Positions 1-6,819 of a stretch of 14,142 nt of DNA are shown piece by piece. The position numbers and the translations under genes were made by a program. This DNA comes from Fibrobacterota bacterium (lineage in GTDB: Bacteria > Fibrobacterota > Fibrobacteria > UBA11236), in NCBI GenBank assembly GCA_043753995.1, contig JAYUVP010000354.1, forward strand, positions 1-14,142, read 5' to 3'. The notes under the pieces are model-generated. The model did no database searches and was not told the origin of the DNA. It saw only the letters and a list, made by a program, of their open reading frames with translations. The first letter of the stretch is position 1. Each line of letters starts with the position of its first letter.

Positions 1-364
1 CCGAGAACGCTTCAATGGTTTCGATCTTACAGCCCCACATATCGGGTGCGGCTGAGTCTAATTCGCCGACATAGAAAAACAGGCTATCGCCCGCTTCGGT
101 GGAAAACTCGATCCAAGTAACCCCGTCCCCATCCTCCTGCCTTTCGAATAGCGCAGATGGGAAAATCGATTTCACCTGCGCCAAGGTCATCCCCAATTTC
201 ACGGCACCCATTCCGTCTTTCGTCACCAGTGAATTCGCCCTTTCGAACAGGGGGTATTGGGTCGCCGATTCGGGTTTTGGAACGGGATGCGATGCATCCT
301 TCTTGCAGGAAATCACAATTCCGGATGAAAGCGCGAATAGGGCATAAATCATGGTTTTTTGCAT
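1..364 (-). CDS. Predicted lipoprotein of unknown function (partial, runs off left edge)
   Basis: Not in the ORF track. Hand translation from ATG at 364 gives 121 open codons to the edge: MQKTMIYALFALSSGIVISC-KKDASHPVPKPESATQYPLFERANSLVTKDGMGAVKLGMTLAQVKSIFPSALFERQEDGDGVTWIEF... Short basic N-terminus, hydrophobic core, lipobox-like V-I-S-C, then a Pro-rich tether. Starts 9 nt after the stop of the upstream gene. Confidence 0.8.
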   Translation of the reverse strand, partial: MQKTMIYALFALSSGIVISCKKDASHPVPKPESATQYPLFERANSLVTKDGMGAVKLGMTLAQVKSIFPSALFERQEDGDGVTWIEFSTEAGDSLFFYVGELDSAAPDMWGCKIETIEAFS

Positions 365-373
365 ACGCAGAAA

Positions 374-1777
374 TTAATTCTGAAGGATTTCCAGTAATGA
401 CATTTTTTCATTGCGTAGGTTGACCCTGAAACGGGACCATAATTCAGGGTAGGGGAAAGCAAAAATGGCTTCGAATTGATTCGGGTTCCTGATGAACTGA
501 TTAATTTTTTCCATACCGTACTCATTTACTAAAAAGCGAACTAGGTAATAGGAAGCGGAATAGGCAAGTTCATTGTTTTTCGTGCTCATGAAAGCCATGT
601 TTAATTCTGGGATAGAGGTAATGGTTTCGCCACCCACAGCGCGCTTAATTTTCGCAATGGAAAGTCGCGGGTTATTTGCGAAAAATTCCGCGAGCCCTTC
701 ATTCAACCACCTTGGGATGGATGTCGAATCACCATGAATGCCGGCAATGAAAGCATGAACTGTTTCATGCACCACCATTTTTTTAAAAAACAATTTCTGA
801 ACCGCTAGGTTTTTATTGGTCAAGACAATGATTTTTCCCTGGTTCAGGCAAACACCTACGGTACCTAATCCCAGGTTGACGCCGAATCTCCTGAAATCTC
901 GTCGATTGGTGAAAAGATTTAGCTGAATTTTTTTCTTGGGAGTAAAGCGTAAGCCCTCGGTTAAAGCAGCAAACCTTTCAAACAAAACCTTGTCGCAAAG
1001 TTTCGCGCTTTTCAATTCATTGGGGGCGCAATAGTAAATGAAATGTTCGGATTCGAAGCATTTGTCAATCCCTAGTTTTTCTTTTAAGAATTGATTGGAA
1101 TTGTATTTCGGGTTGCTTTCCAATTCCCAGGTGTCGTAAAAAACATCTTCAAATTCGTAACCCCAAAATGAGGACTGCCTTCGAATTCGCCACAGTCCAG
1201 CACGGTTGTTTTTGAAAGTCCTGCCTTCCGCTATAAGCTCGCCCTTTTTGCTGAAGAACTTTTCATGGCCCATCCAAGGCGCGCTATCCAATACGAACTC
1301 ATAGGTTATAGTACCCTTGGTATGATATTCATAGTGCTTTCCTATTTGATAATTACGTTGAAAATCGCCGACATATTTTTTTTCGCCCGTGGGATAAAAC
1401 ATCAAGAATTTCCCATCAAGGGTATCGGAGGACAGGGACGTAACACCGACGTCATAGATGAGTTTGCACTGCCTGTCATAATATTTTCGCCTAATTTTTC
1501 CCGAATCCGAATAGTTATGCCCGAAGTATTTATAACGCATTGAATTGGACTCACTGAGAAATTCACCGCGGTAAAGGACTTGAGTGGTGTCTGTAAATTG
1601 AGGTAGGCCACAAGCCTTCGACCCAATCAGGCTTGGAGCGCAAGAGCAAAGGAAAACCCCAGCGAAGAGGGACCCCACGGTGACCCTGAGAATCAAGATT
1701 AGAAGAAAGTGTTTTCGGAAGCGCATTTCATTTCCCTGCGGGGCTTGGGTTTGTTTCGCAAGTTCGGCTTGAGACAT
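374..1777 (-). CDS. Predicted lipoprotein zinc metallopeptidase (gluzincin, peptidase clan MA-like) with N-terminal MORN-variant/YwqK-like repeats
   Basis: HETVH at 755-769, followed after exactly 18 residues by E in PRWLNEGLAE (698-700), and a downstream LAYSASY tyrosine motif. N-terminal half has repeats such as DGKFLMFYPTGEKKYVGDF, IGKHYEYHTKG, GHEKFFSKKGELIAEG, AGLWRI. A more likely start is ATG at 1726 (MRFRKHFLLILIL...FLCSC), preceded by AGGGAA and giving a lipoprotein-type signal peptide. Confidence 0.85.
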   Translation of the reverse strand: MSQAELAKQTQAPQGNEMRFRKHFLLILILRVTVGSLFAGVFLCSCAPSLIGSKACGLPQFTDTTQVLYRGEFLSESNSMRYKYFGHNYSDSGKIRRKYYDRQCKLIYDVGVTSLSSDTLDGKFLMFYPTGEKKYVGDFQRNYQIGKHYEYHTKGTITYEFVLDSAPWMGHEKFFSKKGELIAEGRTFKNNRAGLWRIRRQSSFWGYEFEDVFYDTWELESNPKYNSNQFLKEKLGIDKCFESEHFIYYCAPNELKSAKLCDKVLFERFAALTEGLRFTPKKKIQLNLFTNRRDFRRFGVNLGLGTVGVCLNQGKIIVLTNKNLAVQKLFFKKMVVHETVHAFIAGIHGDSTSIPRWLNEGLAEFFANNPRLSIAKIKRAVGGETITSIPELNMAFMSTKNNELAYSASYYLVRFLVNEYGMEKINQFIRNPNQFEAIFAFPYPELWSRFRVNLRNEKMSLLEILQN

Positions 1778-1783
1778 ATCGCT

Positions 1784-4700
1784 TCAAGGCCTGACTTGTA
1801 TCGACACCTGCGGCCCAAATGCTTGTTGTTCCGGTGAATACATGGCTTGAATGTGGGTGGGTTTGGCGGTGAAGCGACCAGCTATTTCAGCGCGCAGTCT
1901 ATAAGAAATTGTTGTCAATCCTTTGGGTAAATGCTCCAAAACAAAGGTGATGCGATCGGTATGAATTTCTGGATCCGTACCGCCCCAATAGGATGATGGA
2001 GCCCAGGTCTGCCGCCACTCGGAATCAAAGGGTAGCGGTTCGAAGCCCGCCGGAAAAGGCTCTTCGATGGCCATATAAGAATGTGGTGATGGCGAGTCGA
2101 GGGTTAACTTCACCTCGACCTCATCACCCACACGCAAATTGCGCTGGGAGGTCAGAACTCGTCTTTTGAATTGATTGCCCATTTTTTGGTAAATGACTTT
2201 GGCATGCCATCGGTTTATTTTCATGGGCAAATTGAAATTGGCTTGTTGCGGAATCTCCTGGGCATATTTCCACCTTGCGGTCCACCACCATCTAGCCCCA
2301 GACGAATTCTGAATACTCAACTGTTGCAAGCCATTCGCATTGAGCAAAGGAATCACTTGTTGCGATTTCCAAGCAAGGTGAACGGGGTGCGACGAGGATT
2401 CACCACTTTTCCAATGCCCATTTCCCAGGTGCGTACCATTCAAAGCGATGCCTATTTCAGCCTCCCCGGTGGGAGGCCTCAATAAATTGGGGACCCTGGC
2501 GAGGGCTTTGAGAACTTGCGCCGTCACCCGTGTATTCTTCCACAATTCACCATCGCGTTTTTGCATCAGCCATAATACCGAAGGCAATAAAAGCGAATGG
2601 TCGGGCTTAATTTCCGCCAAGGCCGCGAGACAGCGCGCGGTGACTTCCACCGTGTCGTCATACCAAGGGTCGATAGTGTCGGGCAGCCAGAAATTACCCT
2701 GTGGCGATCCTTGCGCGCTTTGCTCCACGCGGGCTAATAAGGCGGCGAATTCCGGGTTCCAATGCTTGTCACGCGCCAAGGGTAACAGCAAGGCTACGGC
2801 ATAAAGTGGCAGGGAGTCGGTGTGCTGCATTCGAAGGCGCGCGAAATTGGGAACCTGTTTGGCTGGCCAAGCACGATGCCTCGCCGCCAAAACATGGGAA
2901 AAAACATAGGGCGAGGCGAAACGCAAAGAATCGAGTTTCATCTCTATTCCGGACGAAGCGCGATCGAGCAAAAGAGATAGTCGTTCACGGCCAGAGAAGG
3001 GCAAGTCTTCAGGGCGCAGGCTCGCCAGGCCTTCGACGGCCAGGGCGGAAACCGGAAGGTTGACGAATCCCGAGTGCCACCAACCCCATAGCCCCTCGGG
3101 CATTTGCAAATCATCGAGTCTTTCCAGTCCTTTAAGGGTGGTATGAAGCAGTTGCTTACGCCACAGGGTGTCGATTGGCGATCGCGATTGAAAGGCCTCG
3201 GTCACAGCGATGATGGGAATGAAGCGGCTCAAGGTCTGCTCGATGCATCCATAAGGATATTCGATGAGCCCACGCATGGCTGGCATTAAGCTTTTCCAGG
3301 GATCCGTTGTGGCTTCAAGGCTCAGCGAGGCGCTGCCTGGCTCGGGGTATTGCGGCGAAGCGAAGAGAATGCGTTGAAGGGTATCGTTGCCATTGGCTCC
3401 TGTCGCACCAGCCATGGCGATTTCACGTGTCCATCCTTTGGGCGCTATAATTAATGGACGAATTTCACCGTCACGGAATTGCTCATTTTGCACGGCTCCG
3501 TGAATTCGGGTTTCTCCTGCCTGCTTTACCAGGGTCGCCCATTCTTTTCTCGCGCTACCCTTACGGGCGTTTAGGGTCTGCACGGAGTCGCCGAGCAAGG
3601 CTATTAGCGTGGTGTCCTCGACTCGCAAACTTACCGACAAGGGTGAGGTAGGCTGCTTCTTAATATGAATCACATTGCCAATCGAAAGGCTGTCGCCCGC
3701 AACCCAATGTCTAGGTAGGGCCAGGCGGGACATGACTTCGAGTTGGGTGGTCAGAGATTGGGTGAAGTCAATCAGGGTTTCGCCTGGACCCGTACCGCGT
3801 ACCCACAGGCGCCATCGTGTCAAATCATCAGGCAGGGGAAAGGCAATGCGAGCCTCACCCTTGGCATCGGTTTGCACCGAGGAATTCCAGTAGCCGATAT
3901 CTTTAAAATTTGAGCGCCATTTCAGGGTGGGCTGGGAAGGGGGGGATTGGGGCGGAGCAGCCAAGCACATGACCATGAAATTGGTGTCTGACATTCCACT
4001 AGGCCATACCTTATGTCGGCTCCTTGACGCGAGACCAACCAGTTTTAACGTCGTGTGACGAAGAGGGATCTTTTTTCTCCCGTAGGGAAATCCCCAATTT
4101 CTACCGAATCGGGAATAGGGATCGGAATGATCCGTAAAGTACCACGACGACAGAGTATTATAGAGAGACGGGGTGGCTGCGTTCAGAGCATAAGGCCATT
4201 CTTCCTGTTCGCCTTCCCCTTCGAAAGTGGTGGTGACTTGGTTCATTTCCAGTCGCGGAAGCAAGTCGGACATCGGCGCGATTTTGAAAGGCAATTGGGC
4301 ATAAAGAGCTTCATCCACTAAAGCGATGCTGAACTTGGCTCGCAAGGGATGATTGGCGCTATCGGTGATGCGCAATAAGCCGTCGAATAATTCACCTGGC
4401 TTCCATTCGCGGCGCGATTGCAGGGTCGTCTTGGCCATTGGGATGGCGCGTGGCAATGAAAGGTTTTTGGATTGCTCCGTCCAATTCGAATTCCCGGAAT
4501 GGGTTACCGTCACACTCAGGAATTTCATCGGGTATTTGGGCAAGGGTATTTGGACTTTGACCTGGGTCGGCGCATCGGGTACCAGAATCCGTTTCGCCAG
4601 CAAGGTCTCGCCTTCGAGGGTGACGAGCAGGGGGCTTTCCCCCCAAGCGCCGTGCAAAGTCAGGTGCAGGCTATCGCGGTTTTTTTCTGTGACGGGTGCC

Positions 4701-6658
4701 CAGCGAATATCGAGTGGCATGGGCTGCGGTTTCCCGATGATTTGCACGACAAGAAAATCTTTGACTATCGGCTTGCCGCCCCAATGGGGAGTGGCCACCC
4801 ATTGATAGCGCCCGGTTTTCTCCGGAAAAAAAACCACCTCGCCATGACTATCGATTTCCGTTTTAAGGGTGGTGTCAAAAACGGTTTGCCCCGCGCGTAG
4901 AATCTGCAGCCTGGTTGTCGATTGCCTTGGCAATGGAAGCGCATCCTCATCACCGGGGATACGACGCCAATGCATGGTCAGGCGATCACCGATTTCGCAA
5001 CGAAAGCGATCGGGGTTTAGAATGAGGCCGCTGGATGTTGGCTGGGTTTCAACTCGAACCAAGGCGTCTACTTCGCGACCATCCAGCCCGCGCACCGAGG
5101 CCGATACCCAATAAGAGACCAAGGCTTTCGCGTCAAAACTTAATACGGTGTCACATTTTCCTTGTTTATCTAGAGAAATGGAATCGAATCGATCGGCTTG
5201 GCTGCCTTGGTTTGGAGCGAAGTGAAGGAAAGGCGTTTGCCATATTTTAACCTTGGTTGGAGCCTGCGAAAGCGGCATTCCGAAATAGGTCTTAGCTTGA
5301 ATGCGGATTCTTAATCCCGAGTGAGTCGTATCGAAGTGGGCGCGAAGAGTGATTTCACTTTCCGGTTTCCGATAGTCTTCCACCAAAAATGGAATATCGA
5401 ACGCTTGAAAATTTGGGCTACGCTTTCGCTCCCGATCGAAAACAGGATTCACCGACAATTGCCAAAGGCCTGTTTCCGATTTTTCCGGGAGCACGAGAGA
5501 ATCGGTGAGTTGCCCCAGTTCTCCAAGTTGCAAATAGGCGTGATATCTTCTTTCATCACTAGGGTCGGTTAGCGTCACCTCCACGGAATTCAGACCCAAG
5601 GAGTCGTCCAAGGTACCCTGTTGGTTACGCTTGATCCAGCCGTTAAATCTTAAGGAATCACCGGGCCGGTATTTGGGCTTGTCAGTATAAATCATGCCTC
5701 GCAGGGAAGAGACTTTCTCCGGCGATAGCCATGGCACGGTTTCGAGAAAAGCCCAATGCCCTTGCTTTTCTAATGCCAAACGGGGTTTGTCCTTGGAATG
5801 TCCTACTAAATCTCGTGGTAATTCGAACCACCCTAGCGAGTCCGTCATCAAAACGGTGTCTTTATGATCAACAAGAATATGGGCGCGATAGGGTGGCGGT
5901 ATTTGATTCTGAGGCGATGATCCCCATATTGAAATACGGCCCGCCTCGCTTTTCGTCAGCATGTCGATGGAGGTGACCGAAGCATAGGTTTGGGCGAAGA
6001 AATCGGGACTGTGGGCGGTAATACGATAGAGACCAGGTTCTTGAAAAGCATGACGAATGGAGTAGTAGCCGGCGTGTTTACGAAATTTCCACGTACCTCC
6101 GCCGGAAAACGAAGCCGAGTCAGGACGCCAAGGCATTTGCATTTTCGCCCATTCGACGTGAAGATCGCGGGGCGGTGGTTTTTGGCTTTCTATTTCATAC
6201 CAATCGATTTCCAGCGTTTCTCCCGGCCGCAATTTCAGGATGGGGATTTTTCCCAAGGGTGTTTTATTCAAAGGGGAGAAGGTGAATAAACGCGAATAGA
6301 TTAATCGTAAAGCTTCATGCTTTTGCTTTAGAGCATCGGCGGCCCAGGTTTGCCGAATTTTCTTTTCTGTGGAAGAGCCGGATGGCAGTGAACGATTTAA
6401 GGACCGTTGATAAAGTTCGAGCAATTCAGGCAATAATTTCCAGGCTAAGGCGGAGTTCAAGGATTGTTTAAACCAAGCATAGGCCTCATAGGGATCCGTT
6501 TTCGCGTTTAGTTCGCGCTGCCACGTTTTTGCCTTGTTGTCCTGGCTTGCCCTAGCATTGGCTTCGGTTTCACTCAAGGCCGTTGGGGCGGACCAGAAAC
6601 AACCAAGGGCGATGAAAATTCCTATTGGTAAAAGCGCGGGTTTTTTCGAGGCGGGCAT
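1784..6658 (-). CDS. Bacterial alpha-2-macroglobulin family protein (MG domains, bait region, thioester domain)
   Basis: 1624 aa with N-terminal signal peptide; MG2 motif IYTDKPKYRPGDSL; F-x-VEDYRKPE; ALVDEAL; RSNF...YW...TDAKGEARIAFPLPDDLTRWRL; thioester motif YPYGCIEQTLS (CIEQ at 3236-3247); C-terminal VGDEVEV...IEEPFPAGFE...YRLRAEIAGRF...AMYSPE. Confidence 0.95.
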   Translation of the reverse strand: MPASKKPALLPIGIFIALGCFWSAPTALSETEANARASQDNKAKTWQRELNAKTDPYEAYAWFKQSLNSALAWKLLPELLELYQRSLNRSLPSGSSTEKKIRQTWAADALKQKHEALRLIYSRLFTFSPLNKTPLGKIPILKLRPGETLEIDWYEIESQKPPPRDLHVEWAKMQMPWRPDSASFSGGGTWKFRKHAGYYSIRHAFQEPGLYRITAHSPDFFAQTYASVTSIDMLTKSEAGRISIWGSSPQNQIPPPYRAHILVDHKDTVLMTDSLGWFELPRDLVGHSKDKPRLALEKQGHWAFLETVPWLSPEKVSSLRGMIYTDKPKYRPGDSLRFNGWIKRNQQGTLDDSLGLNSVEVTLTDPSDERRYHAYLQLGELGQLTDSLVLPEKSETGLWQLSVNPVFDRERKRSPNFQAFDIPFLVEDYRKPESEITLRAHFDTTHSGLRIRIQAKTYFGMPLSQAPTKVKIWQTPFLHFAPNQGSQADRFDSISLDKQGKCDTVLSFDAKALVSYWVSASVRGLDGREVDALVRVETQPTSSGLILNPDRFRCEIGDRLTMHWRRIPGDEDALPLPRQSTTRLQILRAGQTVFDTTLKTEIDSHGEVVFFPEKTGRYQWVATPHWGGKPIVKDFLVVQIIGKPQPMPLDIRWAPVTEKNRDSLHLTLHGAWGESPLLVTLEGETLLAKRILVPDAPTQVKVQIPLPKYPMKFLSVTVTHSGNSNWTEQSKNLSLPRAIPMAKTTLQSRREWKPGELFDGLLRITDSANHPLRAKFSIALVDEALYAQLPFKIAPMSDLLPRLEMNQVTTTFEGEGEQEEWPYALNAATPSLYNTLSSWYFTDHSDPYSRFGRNWGFPYGRKKIPLRHTTLKLVGLASRSRHKVWPSGMSDTNFMVMCLAAPPQSPPSQPTLKWRSNFKDIGYWNSSVQTDAKGEARIAFPLPDDLTRWRLWVRGTGPGETLIDFTQSLTTQLEVMSRLALPRHWVAGDSLSIGNVIHIKKQPTSPLSVSLRVEDTTLIALLGDSVQTLNARKGSARKEWATLVKQAGETRIHGAVQNEQFRDGEIRPLIIAPKGWTREIAMAGATGANGNDTLQRILFASPQYPEPGSASLSLEATTDPWKSLMPAMRGLIEYPYGCIEQTLSRFIPIIAVTEAFQSRSPIDTLWRKQLLHTTLKGLERLDDLQMPEGLWGWWHSGFVNLPVSALAVEGLASLRPEDLPFSGRERLSLLLDRASSGIEMKLDSLRFASPYVFSHVLAARHRAWPAKQVPNFARLRMQHTDSLPLYAVALLLPLARDKHWNPEFAALLARVEQSAQGSPQGNFWLPDTIDPWYDDTVEVTARCLAALAEIKPDHSLLLPSVLWLMQKRDGELWKNTRVTAQVLKALARVPNLLRPPTGEAEIGIALNGTHLGNGHWKSGESSSHPVHLAWKSQQVIPLLNANGLQQLSIQNSSGARWWWTARWKYAQEIPQQANFNLPMKINRWHAKVIYQKMGNQFKRRVLTSQRNLRVGDEVEVKLTLDSPSPHSYMAIEEPFPAGFEPLPFDSEWRQTWAPSSYWGGTDPEIHTDRITFVLEHLPKGLTTISYRLRAEIAGRFTAKPTHIQAMYSPEQQAFGPQVSIQVRP

Positions 6659-6670
6659 TCGATCATTCTA
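6659..6670 (-). promoter_or_regulatory. Possible -10 element (TAGAAT) immediately upstream of the A2M start codon
   Basis: Minus strand reads TAGAAT (6670-6665), GATCGA, then ATG (6658). No Shine-Dalgarno and no good -35 at 16-18 nt spacing. Confidence 0.3.
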
Positions 6671-6710
6671 ATCTCTTGCTATTGCTTGCGGTGGAAGTCC
6701 TGCTTCCGGG

Positions 6711-6750
6711 AAAACAAAAAAACCTCCCCGGCTTCCCGAAGAGGTTTTTG
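6711..6750 (-). terminator. Rho-independent terminator of the DUF349 gene
   Basis: Minus strand: AAAAA-CCTCTTCGG-GAAG-CCGGGGAGG-TTTTTTTGTTTT; 9-bp stem (two G-U pairs), 4-nt loop, long U tract, about 70 nt after the stop at 6820. Confidence 0.85.
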
Positions 6751-6819
6751 CTACACCCAGTGCTAAAAGGCTTTGGGGCCTAAAGCGTGCGGCCACCTTA
6801 GCCGCCGCGGTCTCAGCTC

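Noticed and set aside
99..423. Plus-strand ORFs 99..347 and 157..423
   Set aside because: Antisense to the better-supported lipoprotein frame starting at 364.
3939..4833. Homopolymers G7 (3939-3945) and A8 (4826-4833) in the A2M gene as phase-variation tracts
   Set aside because: Short, in frame and explained by Pro and Phe codons; no frameshift seen.
2171..6289. Short plus-strand and alternate-frame ORFs inside the A2M gene
   Set aside because: Fully overlap a well-supported gene and show no family features.
6751..6819. Small hairpins between the DUF349 stop and its terminator (e.g. GCGGCGGC-TAAG-GTGGCCGC)
   Set aside because: No tRNA cloverleaf, no second copy in the window and no known ncRNA motif; likely ordinary 3' UTR structure.
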